A DNA stretch of 64,000 nucleotides from the human T2T-CHM13v2.0 reference genome, Homo sapiens: assembly GCF_009914755.1 (NCBI RefSeq), contig NC_060927.1, one strand, 5' to 3'. Position numbers and translations under genes: made by a program. How positions within the stretch are numbered: the stretch's first letter is position 1; each line of letters opens with the position of its first letter. The notes under the pieces are model-generated. The model ran no database searches and had not been told where the DNA came from. It saw only the letters and a program-made list of their open reading frames with translations. This document shows, piece after piece, positions 29,201-41,500 of the stretch.

Positions 29201-29360
29201 CTATGGAAAGGAAGGTTCAACTCTGTGAGTTGAAAACACACAGCACAGAGAACTTTCTAAGAGTTCTTCTGTCTAGTTTTATATGAAGAAAGCACGTTTC
29301 AAACGAAGGCCACAAAGAGGTCCAAATAATCAATTGCAGATTCTACAAAAAGAGTATTTC
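26290..29360. repeat. Recent tandem duplication of a 9-monomer (~1.53 kb) unit
   Basis: Private variants repeat ~1531-1537 bp apart: gtgtgaacatatttact, ctccaactttaaacttgg, cacctcctaaata, gcataatgc, ccgtcaattttttcc, ccaaataatcaattgc. Confidence 0.93.
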
Positions 29361-32300
29361 AAAACGGCTCTATCAAGAGGACTGTTCAACACTGTGAGGT
29401 GAATGCAAATATCACAAAGTCGTTTCTGACAATGCTTCTGTCTAGGTTTTATGTGAGGATATTTCCTTTTCTACCGTAGGCCTCAAAGCGATCTAAATAT
29501 ACACTTGGAGATTCCACAGAAAGAGTGTTTCAAAACTGCTCTATCAAAAGAAAGATTAAACTCTGTAAGCTGAATGTACACATCACAAAGTAGTTTCTGA
29601 GAATGATTTCGTCTAGTTTTTCTATGAAGATATTTCTTTGTCTACCATAGGCCTCAAAAGGTGCTAAATATCCATTTGGAAATTCTACAAAAAGATTATT
29701 CCAAAACTGCACTATCGAAAGGAAGGTTCAAACCTGTGAGGTGAATGCACACATCAGAAATACGATTCTGAGAATTCTTCTGTTCAATTTTATATGTAGA
29801 AAACCCGTTTCCAACGAAGGATTCAAAAAAGTCCAAATATTCACTTGCGATCCCACAAAAAGAGTGCTTCAAAACTGCTCTATCAACAGAAAGGTTAAAC
29901 CCTTTGAGATGAACGCACACATCACAAAGTAGTTTCTGAGAATGATTCTGTCTAGTTTTTTTTGAAGATACTGCCTTTTCTACGATAGGCCTCAAACGGC
30001 GCTAAATACCCACTTGGAAGTCCTACAAAAAGAGAGTTTCAAAACTGCTATATCGAAAGCAAGGTTCAACTCTGTGAGTTGAAAGCACACATCACAAAGA
30101 AGTTTCTGAGAATTTTTCTGTCTTGTTTATATGAAGAAATCACGTTTCAATCGAACGCCACAAAGAGGACCAAATATTCAATTGCAGATTCTACACAAAG
30201 AGTGTTTCAAACTGCGCTTTCAAAAGGAATGTTCAACTCTGTGACTTGAATGCCAATATCACAAAGTAGTTTCTGAAAATGCTTTTGTCTATTTTTTATG
30301 TGAAGATATTTCCTTTTCCACCATAGGCCTCAACGCGCTCTAAATATACACTTGGAAATTCCACAAAAATAGTGTTTCAAAACTGCTCTATCAAAAGAAA
30401 GGTTAAACTCTGTAAGCTGAATGCACACATCACAAAGTAGTTTCTGATAACCATCATATCTTGTTTTTCTCTGAAGACATTTCCTTTTCTACCATAGGCC
30501 TCAAACAGCACAAAATATCCACTTTAAATGCTACAAAAAGTGTATTTCAAAACTGCTGTATCGAAAGGAAGGTTCAACTCTGTGAGTTGCATGCACAGCT
30601 CCCAAAGAAGTTTCTATCAATTCCTCTGTCAAGTTTTATATGAAGAGATCCTGTTTCCAACGAAGGCCTCAAAAAAGTCCAAATATCCACTTGCAGATTC
30701 TGCAAAAAGAGTATTTCAAAACTGCTCTATTAAGAGGAATGATTAACTCTGTGAGTTGAATGCAAACATCACAAAGTAGTTTGTAACAATGCTTCTGTCT
30801 AGTTTTTATGTGAAGATATTTACTTTTCTACTGTAGGCCTTAAAGTGCTCTATATATACACTTTCAAATTCCTCAAAAAGAGTGTTTCAAAACTGCTCTA
30901 TCAAAAGAAAGGTTAAACTCCGTAAGCTGAATGCACCCATCACAAAGAAGTTTCTTATAATGATTCTATCTGGTTTTTCTGTGAAGATATTTCCTTTTCT
31001 ATCATAGGCCTCAAACCTCATTAAATATCCACTTGGAAATTCTACAAAAAGAGTATTTCAAAACTACTCTATCGAAAGGAAGGTTCAACTGTGTGAGTTG
31101 AATGCACACCTCCCAAAGAAGTTTCTGAGAATTATTCTGTCAAGTTTTATATGAAGAAATCCTGTTTCCAAAGAAGCCCTCAAAAAAGTCCAAATATTCA
31201 CTTGGAGATCCTACAAAAAGAGTGTTTCAAAACTGCTCTATCAAAAGAAAGGTTAATCTCTGTGACTTGAACGCACACATCACAAAGCAGTTTCTGAGAA
31301 TCATTCTGTCTAGTTTTTCTTCGAAGGTATTGCCTTTTCTACCATAGGCCTCAAGCGGCGCCAAATATCCACTTGGAAATACTACAAAAAGAAAGTTTCA
31401 AAACTGCTCTATCGAAAGGAAGCTTCAACTCTGTGAGTTGAAAGCACATATCAGAAAGAAGTTTCTGAGCATTCTTCTGTATAGTTTTATGTGAAGAAAT
31501 CAAGGTTCAAAGGAAGGCCACAGGGAGTTCCAAATATCCAATTGCAGATACTACAAAAAGAGTGTTTCAAAACGGCTCTATCAAGAGGAATGTTCAACTC
31601 TGGGAGTTGAATGCAAATATCACAATGTAGTTTCTCACAATTTTTCCGTCTAGTTTTTATGTGAAGATATTTCCTTTTCTGCCGTAGGTCTCAAAGCACT
31701 CTAAATATACACATGCAAATTCCACAAAAAGAGTGATTCAAAACTGCTCTATAAAAAGAAAGTTTAAAGCTTGTAAGCTTAATGCACACATCACAAAGTA
31801 GTTTCTGATAATGATTCTCTCTTGTTTTTCTTATGAAGGCATTTCCTTTTCTACCATAGGCATCAAACCGCACTAAATATCAAAATGGAAATTTTACAAA
31901 AAGAGTATTTCAAAACTGCTCTATCGAAATAAGGCTCATCTCTGTGAATCGAATGCACACATGACAAAGAAGTTTCTGAGAATTCTTCTATCACGTTTTA
32001 ACTGAAGAAATCCCGTTTCCAACGGAGGCCCCAAAAACGCCTAATATTCACTTGCAGATTCTACAAAAAGAGTGTTTCAAAACTGCTCTATCAAAAGAAA
32101 GGTAAACTTTTTGAGTTAAATGCTCACACCACAAAGGAATTTCTGAGAATCATTCTGTATAGTTTTTCTATGGAGATAATGACTTTTCTACCATAGGCCT
32201 CACGCGGCGCTAAATATCCACTTGGAAATACTACAAAACGAGAGTTTCAAAACTGCTCTATGGAAAGGAAGTTTCAACTCTTCGAGTTGAAAGCACACAT

Positions 32301-34216
32301 CACAAAGAAGTTTCTGGGAATTCTTCTGTGTAGTTTTATATGAAGAAATCACGTTTCTAACGAAGGCCACAAAGAGGTCCAAATATCCACTCGCAGATTC
32401 TACAAAAAGAGTGTTTCAAAACTGCTCTATCAAAAGAAAGGTTAAACTCTGTGAGTTGAACGCCCTCATCACAAAGTAGTTTCTCAGAATTATTCTGTCG
32501 AATTTTTCTATGAAGATATTGTCTTTTCTACCATAGGCCTCAAACGGCGCTACATATACTCTTGGAAATTCTACAAAAAGAGAGTTTCAAAACTGCTCTA
32601 TCGAAAGGAAGTTTCAACTCTGTGAGTTGAAAGCACACATCACAAAGAAGTTTCTGAGAATTCTTCTGTCTAGTTTTATAGGAAGAAATATCATTTCAAA
32701 CGAAGGCCACAAAGAGGTCAAAATATCCATTTGCAGATTCTACAAAAAGAGTGTCTCAAAACTGCTCTATCAAGAGGAATGTTCAACTTTGTGAGTTGAA
32801 TGCAAATATCACAAAATAGTTTCCCGACAATGTTTCTGTCTTGTTTTTATGTGAAGATATTTCCTTTTCTACCGTAGGACTCAAAGTTCTCTAAATATAC
32901 GCTTGCAAAATCCTGAAAAAACTGTTACAAAACTGCTCTATCAAAACAAAGGGTAAACTCTGTAAGCTGAATGCACACATCACAAAGTAGTTTCTGACAA
33001 TGATTCTGTCTAGTTTTTCTATGAAGATATTTCCTTTTCTACTACAGGTCTCAAACAGCTCGAAATCTCCACTTGGAAATTCTACAAAAAGAGTATTTCA
33101 AATCTGCTCTATCGAAAGATAGGTTGAAATCTCTGAGTTGAATGCCCACATCACGAAGAAGTTTCAGAGAATTTTTCTGTCACGTTTTATATGAAGAAAT
33201 CACGTTTCAAACTAAAGCCCCCCAAAAGTCCAAATATTCACTAGAAGATCCTACAAAAAGAGTTTTTCAAAACTACTCTATCAAGAGGAATGTTCATCTC
33301 TGTGAGTTGAATGCAAATATCATGCAGTAGTTTCTGACAATGCTTCTGTCTAGTTTTTATGTGAAGATAATTCCTTGTCTACCACAGGCCTCAAAGCGCT
33401 CTAAATATACACTTGCAAATTCCACAAAAAGAGAGTTTCAATACTATCAAAAGAAAAGTTAAACTCTGTGATTTGAACGCACACATCACAAAGTACTTTC
33501 TGAGAATCACTCTGTCTAGTTTTTCTATGAAGATATTGGCTTTTGAACCATAGGCCTCAAACGGCGCAAAATATCCACTTGGAAATTCTACAAAAATAGA
33601 TTTTCAAAACTGCTGCATCGAAAGGAAGGTTCAACACTGTGAGTTGAAAGCTCACGTCGCAACGAAGTTTCTGAGAATTCTTCTCTCTAGTTTTATATGT
33701 AGAAATCACGTTTCAAACGAAGGCCACAAAAAGGTCCAAATATCCGCTTGCAGATTCTACAAAAAGAGTGTTTCAAAACTGCTCTATGAAGAGGAATGTT
33801 CAACTGTGTGAGTTGAATGCAAATATCTCAAAGTAGTTTCTGAAAATGCTTCTGTCTAGTTTTTAAGTGAAGATATTTCCTTTTCTACCGTAGGCCTCAA
33901 AGCGCTCTAAATATTCACTTGCAAATTCCTCAAAAAGAGTGTTTCAAAACTGCTCTATCAAAAGAAAGGTTAAACTCTGTAGGGTGAATGTCCACAGCAC
34001 AAAGTAGTTTCTGACAATGATTTTGTCTAGTTTTTCTATGAAGATATTTCCTTTTCTACCAAAGTCCTCAAACCGCTTTAAATATCCACTTCGAAATTCT
34101 ACCAAAAGAGTATTTCAAAACTGCTCTATCGAAAGGGAGATTCAGCTCTGTGAGTTGAATGCACACATCACAAAGAAGTGTCTGAGAATTCTTCTGTCAC
34201 GTTTTATATGGAGAAA

Positions 34217-34233
34217 TCCCGTTTCCAACGAAG
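34217..34233 (-). promoter_or_regulatory. Canonical CENP-B box
   Basis: tcccgtttccaacgaag. Confidence 0.9.
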
Positions 34234-34982
34234 GCCACCAAAAGGTCCAAATATTCACTTGCAGATTCTACAAAAAGAGTGTTTCAAAACTGCTCTATCA
34301 AAAGAAAGTTAAACTCTATGAGTTTAACGCACACATGACAAAGTAGTTTCTGAGAATCATTCTATTTTTTCTATGAAGATATTGCCTTTTGTTCCTTAGG
34401 CCTCAAATGGCGCTAAATATCCACTTCGAAATTCTACAAAAGGACAGTTTCAATACTGCTCTATCGAAAGGAAGGTTCATCTCTGTGAGTTGAAAGCACA
34501 CATCGCAAAGAAGTTTCTGAGAATTCTTCTGTCTAGTTTTATATGAAGAAATCACGATAAAAAAGAAGGCCAGAAAGAGGTCCAAATACCCACTTGCAGG
34601 TCCTGAAAAGGAGTGTTTCAAACTGCTCTATCAAGAGGAATGTTCAACTCTGTGAGTTGAATTCAAATATCACAAAGGAGTTTCTGACTATGCTTCTGTG
34701 TAGATTTTATGTGAAGGTATTTGCATTTCTACCATAGGCCTCAAAGCGCTCTAAATATACATTAGCAAACTCAACAGAAAGAGGGTTTCAAACCTGCTCT
34801 TTCAAAATAATGTTAAACCCTGTAAGCTGAATGCACACATCCCAAAGTAGTTTCTGAGAATGATTCTGTCTTGTTTTTCTATGAAAGTGCTCTATCAAAA
34901 GGAAGGTTCAATTGTGTGATTTGAATGCACACATCACAAAGAAGTTTCTGAGAATTCTTCTGTCACATTTTATATGAAGAAA

Positions 34983-34999
34983 TCCCGTTTCCAACGAAG
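34983..34999 (-). promoter_or_regulatory. Canonical CENP-B box
   Basis: tcccgtttccaacgaag. Confidence 0.9.
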
Positions 35000-37450
35000 G
35001 CCCCCAAAACTCCAAATATTCACTTGCAGATTCTACAAAAACAGTGTTTTAAAACCGCTCTATCAAAGGAAAGATTAAACACTGTGAGTTGAACGCTCAC
35101 AGCACGATGTAGTTTCTGGGAATCATTCTGTCTAATTTTTCTATGAAGATATAGCCTTTTCTACCATAGGCCTCAAACAGCGCAAAATATCCACTTGGAA
35201 AGTCAACAAAAAGAGAGTTTCAAAACTGCTCTATCGAAAGGAAGGTTCAACTCTGTGAGTTGAAAGCACACATCACAAAGAACTTTCTGAGAATTTTTCT
35301 ATTTTCATATGAAGAAATCACGTTTCAAAAGAAGGCCACAAAGAGCTTCAAATATCCACTTGCAGATTCTACAAAAAGAGTGTTTCAAAACTGCTCTATC
35401 AAGAGGAATGTTCAATTCTGTAAGTTGAATCAAATATCACAAAGTAGTCTATGACAGTGCTTCTGTCTAGTTTTTATGTGAAGATATTTCCTTTTCTTCC
35501 ATCGGCCTCAAAGCGCTGTAAATATACACTAGCAAACCCCACAAAAAGAGTGAATCTAAACTGCTCTATAAAAAGAACGGTTAGACTCTGTAACCCGAAT
35601 GCACACTTCACAAAGTAGTTTCAGAGAATGATTCTGTCTAGTTTTTCTATAAAGATATTTCCTTTTCTACCACAGGACTGAAACCGCTCTGATTATCCAC
35701 TTGGAAATCCTACAAAAAGAGTATTTCAAAACTGCTCTATCGAAAGAAGGGTTCAACACTGTGAGTTGAATGCACACATCCCAAAGAAGTTTCGGAGAAT
35801 TCTTCTGTCACATTTCAATGAAGAAATCCCGTTTCCAACGGAGGTCCCAAAAAAGTCCAAATTTTCAATGCTGATTCTACAAAAAGAGTGTTTCAAAACG
35901 GCTCTATCAAAAGAAAAGTTAAACTCTGTGAGTTGACCGTACACATGACAAAGTCTTTTCTGAGAATCATTCTGTCTAGTTTTTGTATGAAGATATTTCC
36001 TTTTCTACCATAGGCCCCAAACGGCGCTAAATATCCACTTGGAAATTCTACAAAAAGAGACTTTCAAAACTCCTCTATCGAAAGGAATGTTCAACTCTGT
36101 GAGTTGAAAGCATACATCACAAAGAAGTTTCTGAGAATTGTTCTGTCTAGTTTTAGATGAAGAAAACACGTTTCAAACGAAGGACATGAAGAAGTCCAAA
36201 TATCCACTGGCAGATTCTACAAAAAGAGTGTTTCAAAACTGCTCTCTCAAGAGGTGTGTTCAACTCTGTGATTTGAATGCAAATATCACAAAATAGTTTC
36301 CGTCAATGCTTCTGTCTGGTTTTTATATGAAGATACTTACTTTTCTACCGTAGGCCTGAAAGCGCTGTAAATATACACATGAAAATTCCACAAAAAGAGT
36401 GTTTCAAAACTGCTCTATCAAAAGAAAGGTTAAACTTTGTAAGCTGAAAGCACACATCACAAATCAGTTTCTGAGAATGATTCTCTCTAATTTTTCTAAG
36501 AAGATATTTCTTTTTCTACCATAGGCCTCAAACAGCTCTAAATATCCACATGGAAATTCTACAAAAGAGGAGTATTTCAAAACTTCTCTATTGAAAGGAA
36601 GGTTTAACTCTGTGAGTTGAATGCGCACATCACATAGAAGTTTCTGAGAATTCTTCTGTCAAGTTTTCTATGAAGAAATCCCGTTTCCAAGGAAGGCCTC
36701 CAAAAGTCCAAATATTCACTTGTAGATTCTACAAAAAGACTGTTTCAAAAAAGCTCTATCCAAAGAAAGGTTAAACTCTGTGAGTCGTAAGCACACATCC
36801 CAAAGTAGTTTCTCAGAATCATTCTATCTAGTTTTTCTAAGAAGATATTTCCTTTTCTAACATAGGCCTCAAACGGTGCTAAATATCCACTTGGAAATTC
36901 TACAAAAAAGAGAGTTTCAAAACTGCTCTATCAAAAGAAAGTTTCAACTGTGTGAGTTGAAAGCACACATCACAAAGAAGGTTCTGAGAGTTCTTCAGTC
37001 TAGTTTTGTATGAAGAAATCATGTTTGAAATGAAGGCCACAAAGAGGTTCAAATATCCACTTGTAGATTCTACAAAAAGAGTGTTTCAAAACTGCTCTAT
37101 CAAAAGGAATTTTCAACTCTGTGAGTTGAATACAAATGTCACAAAATAGATTCTGACAATGTTTTTGTCTAGTTTTTATGTGAAGATATTTCCTTTTCTA
37201 CCTTAGGCCTCAAAGCGCTCTAAATATACACTAGAAAATTCCACAAAATGAGTGTTTCAAAACTGCTCTATCAAAAGAAAGCTTAAACTCAGTAAGCTGA
37301 ATGCACACATCACAATGTAGTTTCTGAGAATTATTCTGTCTAGTTTTTCTATGAAGATATTTCCTTGTATAAAACAGGCCTAAACCGTTCTAAATATCCA
37401 CTTTGAAATACTGCAAAAAGAGTATTTCAAAACAGCTCTATCGAAAGGAA

Positions 37451-40400
37451 GGTTAAACTCTGTCAGTTGAATGCACACATCACATAGTAGTTTCTGGGAA
37501 TGATTCTGTCTAGTTTTTGTATGAAGATATTCCCTTTTGAACCATAGGATTCAATGTGCTCTAAATATTCTCTTGGAAATTATACAAAAAGAGTGTTTCA
37601 AATCTGCTCTATCAAAAGGAATGTTCAGCTCTGTGAGTTGGATGCACACATCACAAAAAAGGTTCTGAGAATTCTTCTGTCTAGTTTTATATGAAGAAAT
37701 CCTGTTTCCAATGAAGGCCTCATAGTGGTCCAAATATCCACTAGGAGATTCTACAAAAAGAGTGTTTCAAAACTGCTCTGTCAATTGGAATGTTCAACTC
37801 TGTGAGTTGAATGCGAACATCACAAAGCAGTTTCTGAGAATACTTCTGTTTCGTGTTTTATGTGAAGATATTTCCTTCTCTACCATAGACTTCAAAGCAC
37901 TCAAAATACACACTTGCAAATTATACAAAAAGAGTGTTTCAAAACTCCTCTATCAAAAGAATGGTTAAACTCAGTGAGTTGAACGCACACATCACAGAGC
38001 AGTTTCTGGGAATGATTCTGTCTAGTGTTTATATGAGGATATTTACTTTTCTACCATAGGATTCAAAGCGTTCTAAATATCCACTTGGAAATTCTGCAAA
38101 AAGAGTGTTTCATATCTACTCTATCAAAATGAAGGTTCAACTGTGTGAGTTGAATGCACACATCACAAAGAACTTTCTGAGAATTCTTCTGTCAAGTTTA
38201 ATATGAAGAAATCCCGTTTCTAACGAAGGCCTCAAAGAGGTCCAAATATCCACTTGCAGATTCTACAAAAAGAGTGTTTCAAAACTGCTACATAAAGAGG
38301 AATGTTCAACTCTGTGAGTTGAATGTAAACATCACAAAGCGGTTTCTGAGAATGCTTCTGTGTAGTTTTTATGTGAAGATATTTCCTTTTCTACAATAGG
38401 CCTCAAAGAGCTCTAAATATCCACTTGCAAACTCTACAAAAAGAGACATTCAAAACTGCTCTGTCAAAAGGAAGGTTCACCTCTGTGAGTTGAGTACAGA
38501 CATCACAAAGAATTTTCAGAGAATACTTCTGTCTACTTTTTATGTGGAGATATTCCCGTTTCCAAAGAAAACCTCAAAGCGCTCCACATATCCAGATGGA
38601 GACTTTGAAAACAGAGTGTTTCAAAACTGCTCTATCAAAATAAAGGTTAAACTCTGTGAGTTGAACTCAAACGTCACAAACCAGTTTCTGGGAATGATTC
38701 TGTCAAGTCTTTATATGAAGATACTTCCTTTTCTACCATAGTATACAAAGTGCTCTAAATATCCACTTGGAAATTCTACAAAAAGAGTGTTTCACATCTG
38801 AACTATCAAAAGGAAGGTTCAACTCTGTCAGTTGAATGCACGCATCACAAAGAAGTTTCTGACAATTCTTCTGTCTGGTTTTATTTGAAGAAATCCCGTT
38901 TCCAACGAAGGTCTCAAAGAGGTCCAAATATCCACTTGCAGATTCTACAAAAAGAGTGTTTCAAAACTGCTGTATCAAGAGGAATGTTCAATTATGTTAG
39001 TTGAATGCGAACATCACAAAGTAGTTTCTGAGAATGCTTCTCTCTAGTTTTTATGTGAAGATATTCACTTTTGAACCATAGGCCTCAAAGCTCTCAAAAT
39101 ACACACTTGCAAATTCTGCAAAAAGAGTGTTTCAAAACTGCTCTATCAAAAGAAAGTTTCACCTCTGTGAGTTGAGTACAGACATCACAAAGACGTTTCT
39201 GAGAATACTTCTGTCTACTTTTTATGTGAAGATATTCAAGTTTATAATGAAAACCTCAAAGCACTCCAAATCTCAAGATGGAGAATTTTCAAAAAGAGTG
39301 TCTCAAAACTGCTCTATCAAAAGAAAGGTTAAACTCTGTGAGTTGAACACAAACATCACAAAGCAGTTTCTGGGAATCATTCTGATTATTTTTATATGAA
39401 GATATTTCCTTATCTACCATAGGGTTCAAAGCGATCTAAATATCAACTTGGAAATTCTACAAAAAGAGTGTTTCTAATCTGCTCAATCAAAAGGAACGTT
39501 CAACTCTGTGAGTTGAATGCACGCATCACAAAGAAGTTGCTGACAATTCTTCTGTCTAATTTTATTTGAAGAAATCCTGTTTCCAACGAAGGTCTCAGAC
39601 TGGTCCAAATATCCACTTGCAGATTCTACAAAAAGAGTGTTTCAAAACTGCTCTATCAAGAGGAATGTTCAACTCTGTGAGTTGAATGCAAACATCACAA
39701 ATTAGTTTCTGAGAATGCTTCTGTCTAGTTTTTATGGAAAGATATTTCCTTTTCTAACATAGGCCTCAAAGCGCTCTAAATACACACTTGCAAATTCTCC
39801 AAAAAGAGTGTTTCAAAACTGCTCTATAAAAAGAAAGGTTAAACTCAGTGAGTTGAATGCACACATCACAAAATATTTTCTGATAATGATTCCGTCTCGT
39901 TTTTATATGAAGATATTTCCTTTTCTACCACAGGCCTCAAAGCGCCCTAAATACCCATTTGCAAATTCTACAAAAAAAGTGTTTCAAGACTGCTCTATCA
40001 AGAGGAATGTTCAATTCTGTTAGTTGAATGCAAACATCACAAAGTAGTTTCTGAAAATGCTTCTGTCTAGTTTTTATGAGAAGATATTCCCTTTTCTACC
40101 ATAAGCCTCAAAGCCCTCTAAATACACACTTGCAAATTCTACAAAAAGAGTGTTTCAATACTGCTCTATCAAAAGGAAGATTCACCTCTGTGAGTTGAGT
40201 ACAGACATCACAAAGACGTTTCTCAGATCATTTCTGTCTACTTTTTATGTGAAGATATTCTAGTTTATAATGAAAACCTCAAAGCGCTCCAAATATCAAG
40301 ATGCAGACATTTCATACGGAGTGTTTCAAAACTGCTATATCAAAAGAAAGGTTAAACACTGTGAGTGGAACCCAAACATTACAAAGTAGTTTCTGGGAAT

Positions 40401-41500
40401 GATTCTCTCTAGTTTTTAAATGAAGGTATTTCCTTTTCTACCATAGGATTCAAAGAGCTCTAAATATCCACATGGAAATTCTAGAAAAAGTGTGTTTCAA
40501 ATCTGCTCTATCAAAATGAAGGTTCAACTCTGTGAGTTGAATGCACACATCACAAAGAAGTTTCTGAGAATTCTTCTGTCTAGTTTTATATGAAGAAATC
40601 CCATTTCCAACGAAGCCCTCAATGCGGTCCAAATATCCACTTGCAGATCCTACAAAAAGGATGTTTCAAAACTGCTGTATAAAGAGGAATGTTCAACTCT
40701 GTAATTTGAATGCAAACATCAAAAAGTAGTTTCTGAGAATGCTTGTCTAGTTTTTATGTGAAGATATTTTCTTTCCTACTGCAGGCCTCAAAGCGCTCTA
40801 AATATCCTCTTGCAAACGCTACAAAAAGAGTTTTTCAAAACTGCTCTATCAAAAGGAAGTTTCACCTCTGAGAGCTGAGTACAGACATCACAAAGAAGTT
40901 TCTGAGAATACTTCTGTCTACTTTTTATGTGAAGAAATTCCCGTTTCCAAAAAAACCTCAAAGCGCTCCAAATATCCAGATGCAGACTTTACAAACAGAG
41001 TGTTCCAAAACTGCTCTATGAAAAGAAAGGTTAAACTCTGTGAGTTGAATGCACACATCACAAAGTAGCTTCTGAGAATGATTCTGTGTAGTTTTTATAT
41101 GAAGATATATCCTTTTCAACCGTAGGCTTTGAAAAGCCCTCTAAATATCCACGTGGAAATTCTACAAAAAGAGTGTATCAAACTGCAATATCGTAAGGAA
41201 GGTTCAACTCTGTGAGTTGAAGGCACAAATCACAAATCTCTCTGAGAATTCTTCTGTCTAGTATTTATGTGAAGAAATATCCGTTACCAACGAAGACCTC
41301 AAAGAGGTCCAAATATCCACTTGAAGATTCTACAGAAAGAGTGTTTCAAAACTGCTCTATCAAAGGGAAGGTTGAACTCTGTGAGTTGAATGAAAACATC
41401 ACAAAGTAGTTTCTGAGAATGCTTCTGTCTAGTTTTTATATGAAGATATTTCCTTTTCTACTGTAGGCCTCAAAGCCCTCTAAATACACACTTGCAAATG
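37451..41500 (-). repeat. Alpha satellite, tetramer-type domain (second block)
   Basis: 'gagtacagac' at ~38492, ~39174, ~40197 and ~40877: spacings ~682, ~1023 and ~680 bp (4, 6 and 4 monomers). Confidence 0.85.
38894..38910 (-). promoter_or_regulatory. Canonical CENP-B box
   Basis: tcccgtttccaacgaag. Confidence 0.9.

Larger units (their letters stand above)
6501..37450 (-). repeat. Alpha satellite, diverged pentameric (~850 bp) higher-order pattern with many deletions and duplications of whole monomers; A/B mixture resembling SF5 (R1/R2)
   Basis: Five recurring monomer classes in order: B' (tcacgtttcaaacgaaggccac), A1 (gtaggcc..tatacac..gtaagctg), A2 (acaggcc..aaccgc..gagtatt), B (tcccgtttccaacgaag..aaaaagtcc..attcac), A3 (attgcc..aacggcgc..gagagtt..gaaagcac). 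The family label is an inference. Confidence 0.85.
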
